Source of the DNA: Chloroflexota bacterium
GTDB taxonomy: Bacteria > Chloroflexota > Limnocylindria > Limnocylindrales > CSP1-4
Reading direction: 5' to 3'
DNA: 64,000 bases
Assembly: GCA_003141455.1 (NCBI GenBank)
Contig: PLMA01000067.1
Span: 17,340 to 81,339 of the forward strand
A model generated the notes under the pieces. The model was not told the origin of the DNA. It saw nothing but the letters and a program-made list of their open reading frames with translations, and ran no database searches. The position numbers and the translations under genes were made by a program. Below are positions 30,862 to 41,213 of this stretch, piece by piece (the stretch's first letter is position 1; every line of letters starts with the position of its first letter).

Positions 30862-32493
30862 GTGACCTCACTGCCCATCGTCGCTATCGTCGGCCGTCCG
30901 AACGTCGGCAAGAGCACCCTGTTCAACCGCATCGTCGGCCACCGGACGGCCATCGTCGAGGACCGAGCCAGAACCACGCGCGACCGGATCTACGGCGACG
31001 CGGATTGGAATGGCCGGCGCTTCATCGCGGTCGACACGGGGGGCCTCGAGATCCACCCCGGCGACCCGATCGAGGAGAGGGTCCAGGAGCAGGCGCGACT
31101 GGCGATCCGCGAAGCCGACGTGATCGTATTCGTCGTCGACTCCATCTCCGGCATGACGCCGGCGGACGAGGAGGCTGCCGACCTGCTCCGAACGGCCAAG
31201 GCGCCGGTCCTGGTGGCCGCGAACAAGGCCGATAACGAGAAGCGCGAGCTTGAGGCCGCGGAGTTCTACTCTCTCGGCTGGGACGAGACGTACCCGATCA
31301 GCGCCGCCCACGGCAGGGGAGTGGCGGATCTGCTGGACGCGATCGTGTGGGGCCTCCCGCCGGAAAGCGAGAAGGAGCTGGTTCGCAAGCGCCGCCAGGC
31401 GGAAGCGGACGAGTTGGCGCGCGAGATGGCCTCCAGTCGCCGCTCCCGCCGCCACGGCGGTGAGGAAGAGCCCGTCGAGCCGGTCCCCGGAGAGGGTGAT
31501 GAGCTGCTGGCGGCTCTCGAGGACGAGGAGCAGTCGGTCTCGATCGCCCTGGTGGGAAGGCCCAACGTGGGCAAGTCGAGCCTGCTCAACTCGCTCCTGG
31601 GAGAGGACCGGGCGATCGTGAGCGAGATCCCCGGGACTACCCGCGATGCCATCGACACCCACCTGCAGTGGGGCCGCGGCGAGATCGTGCTCATCGACAC
31701 GGCAGGCGTCAGGCGGCCGGGGAAGGTGGCCAGCGGCGCGGATGCCGAGCGGTACTCCACGCTGCGGGCACTGAAGGCCGTGGACCGGGCGGACGTGGCC
31801 GTACTCGTGGTGGATGCCTTTGAGGGCCTGACGGCCCAGGACGCGCATGTCGCAGGCTTCGTGTCGGAAGAGGGCCGAGGCCTGGTCATCGCCCTGAACA
31901 AGTGGGATCTGCTGGCGGAGAAGACGGACCGCACCTTCGACGAGTACGTAACCGACATGCGCCGCGAGGTGCCGTTCCTGGATTTCGCGCCGGTCGTCTC
32001 CATAAGTGCCAAGACCGGCCAGCGGGTCAGCCGCGTGCTGGAACTGGCCGTCGACGTCTGGGGCGAGCGCCGCAAGCGCATCCCGACGCCGGAGCTGAAC
32101 CGTCTCGTACGCGCGGCCTCTCTGCGCCAGGCGCCGCCGGCGGGGAAGCTCGGCCCGCCCAAGATCTTCTACGCCACACAGGTGTCTGTGGCGCCGCCGA
32201 CCTTCGTCTTCTTTGCCCGCCATGCGGACCAGGTCCACTTCAGCTACAAGCGCTTCCTGGAGAACCAGCTGCGCGAGGAGTTCGGGTTCGACGGCACGCC
32301 GATCCGACTCATCTTCCGCGAACGGGCCAGCGGACGATCGGATGGCCCAACCAGAGGCGGCGACGGAAGCCACGCGCCTCGAGCGGGGGCCCCCAGGTCT
32401 GGCTCGCCATCCGGTCCGGGTTCGAGAACGGCGCGCAGGGGGACCAGCGGTTCCAAGCGACTCACCACCGGCAAGCGCAAGCCGCAGCGCTGA
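30862..32493 (+). CDS. der: ribosome-biogenesis GTPase Der (EngA)
   Basis: Tandem GTPase domains ([19 protein letters not shown] and [18 protein letters not shown]) plus a KH-like C-domain. It also has an inter-domain acidic insert and about 70 aa of Arg/Gly/Ser-rich C-terminal tail. The GTG start at 30862 is inferred. Confidence 0.85.
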   Translation: MTSLPIVAIVGRPNVGKSTLFNRIVGHRTAIVEDRARTTRDRIYGDADWNGRRFIAVDTGGLEIHPGDPIEERVQEQARLAIREADVIVFVVDSISGMTPADEEAADLLRTAKAPVLVAANKADNEKRELEAAEFYSLGWDETYPISAAHGRGVADLLDAIVWGLPPESEKELVRKRRQAEADELAREMASSRRSRRHGGEEEPVEPVPGEGDELLAALEDEEQSVSIALVGRPNVGKSSLLNSLLGEDRAIVSEIPGTTRDAIDTHLQWGRGEIVLIDTAGVRRPGKVASGADAERYSTLRALKAVDRADVAVLVVDAFEGLTAQDAHVAGFVSEEGRGLVIALNKWDLLAEKTDRTFDEYVTDMRREVPFLDFAPVVSISAKTGQRVSRVLELAVDVWGERRKRIPTPELNRLVRAASLRQAPPAGKLGPPKIFYATQVSVAPPTFVFFARHADQVHFSYKRFLENQLREEFGFDGTPIRLIFRERASGRSDGPTRGGDGSHAPRAGAPRSGSPSGPGSRTARRGTSGSKRLTTGKRKPQR

Positions 32494-32552
32494 GCCGGGC
32501 GGAAGGAGTCGCGGGCGGGGCCGCTTCTGGCGTCTGGTATTCTGTCGGGCGT

Positions 32553-32629
32553 CGGGGCGTGGCGCAGCCTGGTAGCGCACCTGAATGGGGTTCAGGAGGC
32601 CGAGCGTTCGAATCGCTCCGCCCCGACCA
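32553..32629 (+). tRNA. tRNA-Pro (anticodon GGG)
   Basis: Cloverleaf read by hand. Acceptor CGGGGCG/CGCCCCG. D-arm GCGC…GCGC. Anticodon stem CCTGA/TCAGG with loop ATGGGGT. T-arm GAGCG-TTCGAAT-CGCTC, discriminator A and encoded CCA. Confidence 0.8.
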
Positions 32630-32903
32630 TCTCCTCAGCATGCACGGGCCCCCGGAGGCGACTCCGAGGGCCTTCTAATTCGACTCGTACTCGCCGATGC
32701 GAACGGCTCTGGAGCTTGCGGCCAACGTTCGGGCCTAACCAGCCGACGCGGGGTAAACTCGGGCGTGATCCAAGGCTCGCGCACGCGGCCGGATCTGGGG
32801 GAGCCTGGACGAGTGACGAATGGCGACCGGACGCACGGGTGATCCGCGGCGACTTCCCCTAAAGGCTGAGCTGGACGCTCAGCAACGGTCCGGCACGGCC
32901 GAC

Positions 32904-34364
32904 ATGGAGGTCGCCGATTTCCGCGCCGCCGCTCACGCCGCCGTCGACATCATGGCCGACTATCTGAGCGGGGTCGGCGACAGACCCGTCATGCCGCAGA
33001 TAGAGCCGGGCTCGTTGCGCCCGTTGTTTCCGGCGCAGCCCCCCGAGCAGCCCGAGCCGATCGCGACGATCCTCGAGGACTACCGCCGTCTCTTCGAACC
33101 CAACGTCACCCACTGGCAGCACCCGCGGTTCCTGGCCTACTTCAGCAGTTCCGCCTCCGGGCCCGGCATCATTGGCGAGATGCTGACGGCCGTTCTCAAC
33201 TCGAACCCGATGCTGTGGCGGACCAGCCCCGCCGGCACGGAGCTCGAGATGGTGGTCGTCGACTGGCTGCGCCAGGGGCTAGGCCTGCCGCCCGAATTCG
33301 ACGGCCTGCTGACCGACACCGCGTCGACCTCGTCGCTGCTGGCCCTCGCCGCGGCCCGACAGGCGGCGGGTCTCGACGCGGCGGCCATGGGCCTGCCGGG
33401 CCGAGCGGACGTACCCCAGCTACGGGTATACGCGTCGGCCGAGGCTCACTCGTCTATCGAGAAGGCCTGCATGACTCTGGGCCTCGGGCGAGCCGGGCTC
33501 TCGAAGATCCCCACGAACGAGCGCTTCGAGATGCGGATAGACGCGCTGGAAGAGGCGATCGCGCTCGACCGAAAGGCGGGCGTTCGACCCATCGCCCTTG
33601 TCGGCACGGTCGGCACTACATCGACGACGTCGTCGGATTCGATCGCCGAGCTGGTTCGCATCGCCCGGCGCGAAGGGATCTGGCTGCACGTGGATGCGGC
33701 GTACGCCGGTGCCGTGGCCCTGATTCCGGAGCGGCGCAGCCCGTTCGGCGGCTGGGAAGAAGCCGACTCCATCGTCACCAATCCGCACAAATGGTTCTTC
33801 ACGCCCGTCGACGCCTCGCTGCTTCTGACCCGCAGGATGCAGGTCTTGCGCGACGCTTTCAGCCTCGTGCCGGAGTACCTGCGAACGCTCGACCGGGACG
33901 GCCCGATCCGCGACTACAACGAGTACACACCGACCCTGGGTCGAAGGCTGCGCGCCCTCAAGCTGTGGATGAACCTTCGGTACTTCGGCCTGGAAGGCAT
34001 GCGCCGCCGCATCCAGCGGCATCTGGCCATGGCTCAGCGGTTCGCCGGCTGGGTCGACGCCGATCCCGAGTTCGAACGCCTGGCTCCGGCGCCGTTCTCG
34101 ACCATCTGCCTCCGCTACGTCCCAGCGGCCCTGGCGGCCGATCGGGGCGACCCGTCGGTGGGAGACCGGCTGGACGCGCTCAACCTCCGGCTCATGGATT
34201 CGATCAATCGCACCGGCAAGGTCTTCCTGTCGCACACGAGACTCAACGGCCGCTTCGCGATTCGAGTGGCGATCAACAACCTCAGGACGGAGGATTCGGA
34301 CCTGGATCTGGTGTGGGAGATCGTCCGCCGCGAAGCCGCCGCACTGGCGTCTTCGCCTGATTAG
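32904..34364 (+). CDS. PLP-dependent group II decarboxylase (aromatic-L-amino-acid / L-2,4-diaminobutyrate decarboxylase family)
   Basis: Lys-containing motif SIVTNPHKWFFTPVDASLL and typical length (~486 aa); ATG at 32904 inferred (MEVADFRAAAH…). Confidence 0.8.
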   Translation: MEVADFRAAAHAAVDIMADYLSGVGDRPVMPQIEPGSLRPLFPAQPPEQPEPIATILEDYRRLFEPNVTHWQHPRFLAYFSSSASGPGIIGEMLTAVLNSNPMLWRTSPAGTELEMVVVDWLRQGLGLPPEFDGLLTDTASTSSLLALAAARQAAGLDAAAMGLPGRADVPQLRVYASAEAHSSIEKACMTLGLGRAGLSKIPTNERFEMRIDALEEAIALDRKAGVRPIALVGTVGTTSTTSSDSIAELVRIARREGIWLHVDAAYAGAVALIPERRSPFGGWEEADSIVTNPHKWFFTPVDASLLLTRRMQVLRDAFSLVPEYLRTLDRDGPIRDYNEYTPTLGRRLRALKLWMNLRYFGLEGMRRRIQRHLAMAQRFAGWVDADPEFERLAPAPFSTICLRYVPAALAADRGDPSVGDRLDALNLRLMDSINRTGKVFLSHTRLNGRFAIRVAINNLRTEDSDLDLVWEIVRREAAALASSPD

Positions 34365-34422
34365 TCGCCCGCCCCGAGGCGCCGGCTCGGGCGATCATGC
34401 GCCGGGGCGCTACGATGAGGGC

Positions 34423-35112
34423 GTGAGACTTTCACCCCCGGAGCGCATTGCCGCGGTTGCCGCGGCCGTGGCCACCCCGTTCGTCATCGTCGCGGCGGCG
34501 GTCCTGTTGTTCCTCAACCCGATCTGGGTCGGCTTCGACCAGGACCGCAGCGACGTTGCGGGGCTGACCGGCTATGCGCCGTCGCAGGTACGGCAGGTCA
34601 CCGGAAGCATCCTCTCGGACCTCGTGTTCGGCCCTCCGACCTTCGACGTGGCGATTGACGGCCAGCCCGTGCTCGATCAGCGCTCACGAGTCCACATGGC
34701 GGACGTCCGTTCCGTCCTCACCGGTCTGGGAGTCGTGGCCCTGGTCGCGGCCCTGGTGCTGGCTGCGATCGGCGCAGCGGGTCGCGGGCGGCGCTGGTTC
34801 TGGCAGGCCACGGAGGCAGGGGCGTCCGTGTCAGCGGGCGGTGTCGTCGTCGTGGGGCTGGCCTTCACGGTCTTCTTCGACCAGGCCTTCGAAATCTTCC
34901 ATCGAATCTTCTTTCCGCCTGGCACCTACACGTTTGATCCGCGGACTGAGAAGCTGGTTCAGCTCTTCCCGGACCAGTTCTGGTCGGAGACCAGCCTCGC
35001 ACTGGCCGTCGCCGTTCTGGTCCTGTCACTGGGCGTGAGATCCGGCGCAAGGCGCCTCGGCCGGGCCGCCGTTGCCGCGGAGATATCCGGCGCTCCGGAG
35101 GCTGGCCGATGA
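34423..35112 (+). CDS. DUF1461-family integral membrane protein (Lit-like)
   Basis: Multi-TM; C-terminal signature FDQAFEIFHRIFFPPGTYTFDPRTEKLVQLFPDQFW resembles the DUF1461 family motif as I recall it. Confidence 0.5.
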   Translation: MRLSPPERIAAVAAAVATPFVIVAAAVLLFLNPIWVGFDQDRSDVAGLTGYAPSQVRQVTGSILSDLVFGPPTFDVAIDGQPVLDQRSRVHMADVRSVLTGLGVVALVAALVLAAIGAAGRGRRWFWQATEAGASVSAGGVVVVGLAFTVFFDQAFEIFHRIFFPPGTYTFDPRTEKLVQLFPDQFWSETSLALAVAVLVLSLGVRSGARRLGRAAVAAEISGAPEAGR

Positions 35113-36302
35113 ACGTGCCGCTCGGACGAATCTTCGGGACGGAGATCCGCGCCCACTGGACCTGGGTCCCGATCCTGGCGTTCATCGCCGTGGTCTTCAG
35201 CCTCGATCTCACTGCCGGCGGCGGCTCCGACTGGCCGCCGTCGCTGGCGTGGGCAGCCTCCATCGGCACGGCTGTGCTCGTCTTCGTCTCGGTGACGGCC
35301 CACGAGCTTGCTCACGTAGCGGTCGCGCGAAGGAACGGGATGGAGGGGCCCGTGGTGGTGATCCAGCTGCTCGGTGGTACGTTCGTGACCGGCGTGAGCC
35401 CCAAGACGCCGGGCCAGGAGTTCCGAATCGCAGCCGCCGGCCCGGCCTTGACGCTCGTCGTCACAGCTGTCCTTGGCGCCATCGTCGCGATCCTCACGGT
35501 TGGTCCGATCGACATCAACCGAGCGCCCCAGGGGCTGCAGGCGCTCCAATTCGTGGTTGTCATGCTGTGCGTGTTCAATTCCTTCCTGGCTTTCGTCAAT
35601 CTCATCCCGGGCTACCCGCTCGATGGCGCGCGGATCGTCCACGCGCTGGCCTGGCGCCAGAGCGGCCAGGAAGCAGCCGCGACCGCGGCCGCCGTTCGCG
35701 TAGGTCGCTACGTTGGCCTGGTGCTCATGGCGGCGGGAGCCTTGACGATGGTCTTCCTGGACGTGTTCGGCGGCCTTGGGCTGGTGGTCGCCGGCTGGCT
35801 GATCGTGGGGTCCAGCCGCTTGCTCGCTCGGCGAACGGTTCTCCAGGGCCTCGTTGCCGGGCTGGTGGCAGGCGACGCCACCGACTCGGAGCAGGCACGG
35901 GTGCCACCTCAGCTGACCCTGGACGTGTTCGCCGGGGAGTACCTCGGCGAGCGTCTCGGCACGGCCGCGCTCGTCGAACGGGGAGCGGAACTGATAGGCC
36001 TTCTGGGGTCGGCCCAGATCCGCCGGATCCCGCGGCGGTCGTGGCCGAACACGCGGACTGAGCAGGCGATGGTTCCAATCGCCAACGTCCCCCGCATAAG
36101 TGGGGACACCGGCCTGTGGACGGCGCTGGAGATGCTGGAGCGTTCTGGCCTCGACGCCCTGCTGCTCGCCCCGGCCGGAGCCGACCAGGCGCTCGTCACG
36201 CGTCGTTCCGCGGCCCGCCTGATACATGCGAGGGCAGAGGAGCATCAGCGTGAGATGCTCGTGACAGGGCGGGGGAAGCGGGGCAGATTCGGTGGGTTCT
36301 AG
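35109..36302 (+). CDS. site-2 protease (M50) with C-terminal CBS-domain pair
   Basis: HEXXH in TM (AHELAHVAV), LDG motif (NLIPGYPLDGARIVHA) and a C-terminal CBS-like pair; overlaps the upstream gene by 4 nt. Confidence 0.75.
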   Translation: MNVPLGRIFGTEIRAHWTWVPILAFIAVVFSLDLTAGGGSDWPPSLAWAASIGTAVLVFVSVTAHELAHVAVARRNGMEGPVVVIQLLGGTFVTGVSPKTPGQEFRIAAAGPALTLVVTAVLGAIVAILTVGPIDINRAPQGLQALQFVVVMLCVFNSFLAFVNLIPGYPLDGARIVHALAWRQSGQEAAATAAAVRVGRYVGLVLMAAGALTMVFLDVFGGLGLVVAGWLIVGSSRLLARRTVLQGLVAGLVAGDATDSEQARVPPQLTLDVFAGEYLGERLGTAALVERGAELIGLLGSAQIRRIPRRSWPNTRTEQAMVPIANVPRISGDTGLWTALEMLERSGLDALLLAPAGADQALVTRRSAARLIHARAEEHQREMLVTGRGKRGRFGGF

Positions 36303-36425
36303 AGCCGTGGCTGCCAGAGTGGTCTTTGAGCCCGTGGCCGCCGTCGTTTCCTCTGACCCCACGGATTTGATCGTGGCCGCGCTCCATCCAACCGTCGGCC
36401 GACTGACAGTCGAGGAGGACCAGGC

Positions 36426-37076
36426 ATGGCGTCCCAGATGAAGCCCGGCGACGGCGACATCTTCGAGGATGGGTCGCGCTCGGAACGGCGGAGGCCCGGG
36501 CACATCGATAGGATGGCGCGGCCGCGCATGCCAGGCCTGACCGATCGTCCGCTGACTGTCCACCGCGCGGTCGCCGAGGCCGAGGTTGCGCTCTCCCAGG
36601 AGACCCTGAGCGCCATCGTCGACGGAACGAACCCAAAGGGCGACGTGCTTGGCGTGGCCGAGCTGGCGGGCGTCATGGCCGGCAAACGGGCCAGCGACCT
36701 GATCCCGCTCCTCCATACCGCCGGGCTCACGGAACTGCTGGTCAACGCCGTTCCCGACCGGGCGGCGGGTGCCGTGCGGATCCGCAGCGAGACCGCCGCC
36801 GTGGGCGCGAGCGGCGTGGAGATGGAGGCGATGACCGCGGCCGCAGTTGCCGCACTGACGGTCTACGACATGATCAGAGACCTGGAGCCCGCGGCCGCGA
36901 TCCGATCGATCAGGCTGGTATCCAGCACGGTGGGCGAGCAGGATGCGTGGCGGCGCCAGAGCGAATCCGGAAGCGGCCAGAAGCCGCCCAGAGGGGCCCG
37001 GATCGCGGGTAGAGTCGGCGGCGGTTCGGGTCGCGATCCCGGGACGCGACCACCCGCACGCAGGGGAACGCCCTAG
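36426..37076 (+). CDS. moaC: cyclic pyranopterin monophosphate synthase accessory protein MoaC
   Basis: KGDVLGVAELAGVMAGKRASDLIPLLH...GVEMEAMTAAAVAALTVYDM aligns with MoaC; AGGAGG 6 nt upstream of the ATG. About 40 aa Arg/Gly-rich C-terminal extension. No other moa genes in the window. Confidence 0.82.
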   Translation: MASQMKPGDGDIFEDGSRSERRRPGHIDRMARPRMPGLTDRPLTVHRAVAEAEVALSQETLSAIVDGTNPKGDVLGVAELAGVMAGKRASDLIPLLHTAGLTELLVNAVPDRAAGAVRIRSETAAVGASGVEMEAMTAAAVAALTVYDMIRDLEPAAAIRSIRLVSSTVGEQDAWRRQSESGSGQKPPRGARIAGRVGGGSGRDPGTRPPARRGTP

Positions 37077-37254
37077 ACCGCCCCAGAGTGCCCCAGAACG
37101 CCCGGGGCAACATGACCTGGCACTTCGGGGGCCTCGCCGCCAGGCCCGCCATTCGCTAGAGTGAGCGCGTCGCTCCACCCTGAGGATGCCCTACTTGGCT
37201 GTTTCGATGCACGGCCGGTCCCGTCTCCCGGCTGTTCGAGCCTGAGGCAGAGAA

Positions 37255-37797
37255 ATGTCGGCCGGCGTGATGGTCCCGCTCATCATCTTCTTTGCCATGG
37301 GCGTGGTCGTCGTCTACGTGCTGTGGCGGGTGATGGTGGTCGGCGGAGAGTTGCGCCGCAGCGCGCAGCGTGAGAGAGCCGCAGTCGACATCGCTCATCG
37401 CGCCGTCACCTCGCTCTCGGAGCTGTGCGAGATCGTCGACGACCTGCGCCGCAGGAAGTCCGAACCTGAATCGGGTGCGCCGAGCCTGCGCGCCTCGACC
37501 GATGCACTGCGGCGATATGCCCAGGAGGCGCAAGCGGTTGACCTCGGAGGCCCGGACGACGAGCTCGGAACGGGCCTGGTTGCCGAGATCGAGCGAGCCC
37601 AGCGTGCCGTCGCTCTGGTCGAGCACGGCCGGCAGCTTATGCTCGGCAGGACGGTCGACCGCGTCAGCGAAGGCGAGACCTCGATCAAGCGAGGCTACCT
37701 GAACCTGGTCCACGCCAGAGAAGCGATCCGCGCTCGGGGCGAACAGCTGGCCCGAGAGGCCGGCAGCGACAGCGGCAGCTTGGCGCGGCGCCGCTGA
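37255..37797 (+). CDS. hypothetical membrane-anchored coiled-coil protein
   Basis: N-terminal TM (VPLIIFFAMGVVVVYVLWRVMVV) followed by a charged helical region; no recognisable family. Confidence 0.45.
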   Translation: MSAGVMVPLIIFFAMGVVVVYVLWRVMVVGGELRRSAQRERAAVDIAHRAVTSLSELCEIVDDLRRRKSEPESGAPSLRASTDALRRYAQEAQAVDLGGPDDELGTGLVAEIERAQRAVALVEHGRQLMLGRTVDRVSEGETSIKRGYLNLVHAREAIRARGEQLAREAGSDSGSLARRR

Positions 37798-37933
37798 GGC
37801 CGAGCCGCTGAGGCCGAGCGGTTGAGGCCGGGTCGGTGAGTCCGGTTCTACGAGGACGGATCGGTGAGGTCGACGGCGGCCGGTGCTATCCTCGCCGGGA
37901 CGTTCGGCGCTCGTGCGTGAGGAGTCGGAATCG

Positions 37934-38407
37934 ATGCGTTGTCCGCGATGCGGAGAGCGAGAGACGCGGGTTGTCGATTCTCGCGATCTCGACGAGGCGA
38001 GTATCCGGCGCCGGCGCGAGTGTGAGACCTGCGGTGCGCGCTTCACGACCTACGAGCGGATCGAGGCGCCACGGCTGGTCGTCGTCAAGCGAGACGGCTC
38101 GCGCCAGGATTTCGACCGTGAGAAGCTCGTCTCGGGATTCCGCAAGGCCCTGACCCGGCGGCCCCTGCCGGACGACAGCGCCGAGCAGGCCGCCGATCAG
38201 ATAGAAGCCCAGTTGCGGGCAGGAGGCGCCACGGAGGTGGAGTCTTCGGAGGTCGGCCGCCTGGCGATGGATAAGCTCCGAGGGCTGGACCAGATCGCGT
38301 ACATCAGATTCGCCAGCGTCTACCAGAGCTTCGAGGACCTCGAGACGCTCAAGCGGGAGGTGGACAACCTGTACGCACAGCGCGAGAGCGGAGCCACGGT
38401 CAAGTGA
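37934..38407 (+). CDS. nrdR: transcriptional repressor NrdR
   Basis: Zinc ribbon [18 protein letters not shown]…[15 protein letters not shown] followed by an ATP-cone. ATG at 37934 inferred; the track ORF starts earlier. Confidence 0.9.
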   Translation: MRCPRCGERETRVVDSRDLDEASIRRRRECETCGARFTTYERIEAPRLVVVKRDGSRQDFDREKLVSGFRKALTRRPLPDDSAEQAADQIEAQLRAGGATEVESSEVGRLAMDKLRGLDQIAYIRFASVYQSFEDLETLKREVDNLYAQRESGATVK

Positions 38408-39012
38408 GTGTCCTGTCCGATCGCGACATCGGCATTGCGCTGGCAGGCGGCCGGGTCAAGGTCGAGCCCTACGACAAAGCCGACCTTCAGCCATCCTCCA
38501 TCGACCTTCATCTCGATCGCAGCTTCCGCGTCTTCCGGAACAACCGCTACGCGTTCATCGACGTGCGGGCGCCTCAGGCGGACCTGACCGAGTTGCTCAC
38601 CGTCACCGACGACGAACCCTTCGTGCTCCATCCTGGTGAGTTCGTGCTGGGCCAGACCCTGGAATGGGTCGAGTTGCCGAACGATCTGGTGGCTCGCCTC
38701 GAAGGGAAGTCGTCGCTCGGCCGGCTGGGTCTGCTCATCCATTCGACTGCCGGCTACGTCGACCCCGGCTGGAAGGGCAAGCTGACGCTCGAGTTGTCGA
38801 ACGTCGCCAATCTCCCGATTGCGCTGTACTTCGGGATGAAGATCGGTCAGATCAGCTTCTTCGAGATGTCGAGCCCGGTGGATCGACCGTACGGCTCGGC
38901 CGGCCTCGGGTCCAAGTACCAGGGTCAGTCCGAGCCGACGGCCTCGGCGTACTTCGAGGACTTCGAGCGGGGCCGCAGAGGCGCTGAACCACCCCGGCGG
39001 TCCATGCGGTGA
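38404..39012 (+). CDS. dcd: dCTP deaminase
   Basis: LSDRDI…PSSIDLHLD…[25 protein letters not shown]; about 200 aa; overlaps the nrdR stop by 4 nt. Confidence 0.88.
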   Translation: MSVLSDRDIGIALAGGRVKVEPYDKADLQPSSIDLHLDRSFRVFRNNRYAFIDVRAPQADLTELLTVTDDEPFVLHPGEFVLGQTLEWVELPNDLVARLEGKSSLGRLGLLIHSTAGYVDPGWKGKLTLELSNVANLPIALYFGMKIGQISFFEMSSPVDRPYGSAGLGSKYQGQSEPTASAYFEDFERGRRGAEPPRRSMR

Positions 39013-39872
39013 CCACCCTCAACGACAGCGTCGCCTGGTCCGCCGAGCTCGGCGGCGGGACGCGTGTGGCCCTGATCCAGGCAGGCACATTCCGTTCGGA
39101 CGCGGGGGCGCTCCTGGGGGTTGTCCCGCGAATTCTGTGGAACAAGCTGGTGGTCGACGAGATAGACGCCGACCACCGCCTCTTGCAGGCGCTCAACTGC
39201 CTGCTGGTCGAGACACCGTCGGGGCGGGTCCTGGTCGAGACGGGGATCGGCGACCGGATCGACGACAAAGGCCGCCAGATGCGGCGTTACGAGGGGCCCT
39301 GGATCCTGCCGGCGCTGGAATCGGCCGGATTCAGCCCGGACACGGTCGACGTCGTTGCGGTCAGCCACCTCCACTACGACCACGCCGGCGGAGTGTTGCG
39401 AGCGGACGGCTCGCGCGCCTTCCCGAGGGCGAGCTTCGTGGCCCAGCTGGCCGAGTGGGAGATAGCGCTCGGCGAGAATCCCCGCCTCGTTGCGAGCTAC
39501 GATCAGCCTGAGCTAAGGCTCGTCCGCGATCTGGGTCTATCGGGAGCGGTGGATGGCGAGACGGAGATACTGCCGGGGGTCTCCGTTATCCCCACCGGCG
39601 GCCACTCGGCCGGCCACCAGGGAGTGCTGATTCGTGGCCGCAGCAGGACGGTGGCCTTCTTCGGCGACCTGTGCATGAGGCCGTGGAGCGCCAACCCCAA
39701 ATGGGTCACGGCCTTCGACGACTTTCCGCTGGACTCCGTCATCGTCAAGGCATCGCTGTTCGCGCGCGCCGCGGACGAGGGCTGGACGGTCGCCCTATCC
39801 CACGAACCGATCCACCCGGTGGGGCGCCTGACGCGCGATCGAGACCGCTTCCGTTTCGAGCCGGACTCGTAG
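39009..39872 (+). CDS. MBL-fold metallo-hydrolase
   Basis: [13 protein letters not shown] metal-binding motif; overlaps the dcd stop. Confidence 0.75.
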   Translation: MTTLNDSVAWSAELGGGTRVALIQAGTFRSDAGALLGVVPRILWNKLVVDEIDADHRLLQALNCLLVETPSGRVLVETGIGDRIDDKGRQMRRYEGPWILPALESAGFSPDTVDVVAVSHLHYDHAGGVLRADGSRAFPRASFVAQLAEWEIALGENPRLVASYDQPELRLVRDLGLSGAVDGETEILPGVSVIPTGGHSAGHQGVLIRGRSRTVAFFGDLCMRPWSANPKWVTAFDDFPLDSVIVKASLFARAADEGWTVALSHEPIHPVGRLTRDRDRFRFEPDS

Positions 39873-39916
39873 TCGACCGACCTCAACGCGCCCCGGACGC
39901 GGTAACATCGAGGCGA

Positions 39917-39992
39917 GCCCCCGTAGCTCAGTGGACAGAGCGCCGCCGTCCTAAGGCGGGCGTCGTCGGTTCGAGTCCGGCCGGGGGCGCCA
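39917..39992 (+). tRNA. tRNA-Arg (anticodon CCT)
   Basis: Acceptor GCCCCCG/CGGGGGC. D-arm GCTC…GAGC. Anticodon stem CCGCC/GGCGG with loop GTCCTAA. T-arm GTCGG-TTCGAGT-CCGGC, discriminator G and encoded CCA. Confidence 0.8.
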
Positions 39993-40022
39993 CGCTTGCG
40001 TCAGCCGAGGAGGGATACCGCT

Positions 40023-40397
40023 ATGCCGCGGTTCTACTACCAGGAGTCGGCCATCACCTCCGCCGGCCCGCAGCAGTGCATCGAGGCCGCCTGCAGGACG
40101 CTCGGGGCCAGGGGCGGCAAGCCGGTGGTCATGGGCGCTCGGGTCACCGGCAAGCTCGGGTCACGGCTCAAGTCGCGGATCGTCGGCGGCGCATTCGTGC
40201 CCCTGGACTGGCTTCCCACGGACATCGTGATCGACGTCATCGAGGGCCCGGGAGGGCGCCAGGTGACCGTCAGCGTGGCGGAGCGGGTCGGTTTCGGGAT
40301 TGCGCTCGGGATGGAAACCCGTATGAAGCAGCAGTGCTACAACACCGCGGTCGGCCTGCGAAACGCCATCGCGCAGCAGCTCCCCGCCGCCCAGTAG
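40023..40397 (+). CDS. hypothetical protein (124 aa)
   Basis: GAGGAGGGA 7 nt upstream of the ATG (MPRFYYQE…). Coding-like composition and no recognisable motif. Confidence 0.45.
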   Translation: MPRFYYQESAITSAGPQQCIEAACRTLGARGGKPVVMGARVTGKLGSRLKSRIVGGAFVPLDWLPTDIVIDVIEGPGGRQVTVSVAERVGFGIALGMETRMKQQCYNTAVGLRNAIAQQLPAAQ

Positions 40398-40515
40398 GTC
40401 GCAGATCGCGAGCCGCTCGATCGCGCCCGAGGCCGCCCACCGCATCGGCGATGGAGAAGAGCGGTCGGGCGAGCTGCCATCCGGTAGTCTGACGCCCGCC
40501 AACCAGGAGACGCCG

Positions 40516-41181
40516 ATGCGGTTTCGAACGCTGACCGTCAGTGTCGTGATCTTCGCCGTTGCCATGGCGTACGTTGAGTCGGCGTCCGTCGTGTATCTGC
40601 AGCGCGCACTTTCGATCTCGCCGGACCGGCTCTTTCCTCTACGCGGGCCGGACGTCGTGGGCAGCCTGGCGGCCATCGAGGTGGGCCGCGAGCTGGCGAC
40701 GCTCGTGATGCTCGTGTCGATCGGATGCCTGGCAGGGAGGAGCTGGGTAGATCGACTGGCCTGGACCGCGGTCGCGTTCGGCGTCTGGGACATCTCCTAC
40801 TACGGCTGGTTGTGGGTCTTCATTGGCTGGCCCCATTCCCCGGGAACATGGGACGTGCTGTTCCTCATCCCTGTCCCGTGGGCCGGGCCCGTCTGGGCGC
40901 CGGCGGTCGTAAGCCTGGCACTGGTCGGCTTCGGACTGGCTGCCGCTTACTCGAATCACGTCGGGCGCCCCGCGAGAGTTGGCGTCGGCCGCATCGCGGT
41001 TGCTCTTGCCGGAGGTCTGCTCGTCGTCCTGAGCTTCACGCTGGACGCCCCGGCTCTCATGGACGGTCACACACCGGGGTGGTATCCGTGGCCGGTGTTC
41101 GTGGCCGGGATGACCCTCGCCGGCTGGGCCGCCTGGACGGCGCTTCGTGCAGTCGAGCCCGAAGGGCGCGAGGGTACCTAG
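40516..41181 (+). CDS. hypothetical polytopic membrane protein (221 aa, Trp-rich)
   Basis: Six or more hydrophobic helices (VSVVIFAVAMAYV…, LATLVMLVSIGCLAG, AFGVWDISYYGWLWVFIGW…); family unknown. Confidence 0.5.
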   Translation: MRFRTLTVSVVIFAVAMAYVESASVVYLQRALSISPDRLFPLRGPDVVGSLAAIEVGRELATLVMLVSIGCLAGRSWVDRLAWTAVAFGVWDISYYGWLWVFIGWPHSPGTWDVLFLIPVPWAGPVWAPAVVSLALVGFGLAAAYSNHVGRPARVGVGRIAVALAGGLLVVLSFTLDAPALMDGHTPGWYPWPVFVAGMTLAGWAAWTALRAVEPEGREGT

Positions 41182-41213
41182 CGGTCCCGCCGGCCGACGA
41201 GGCGTCCGGCCGT

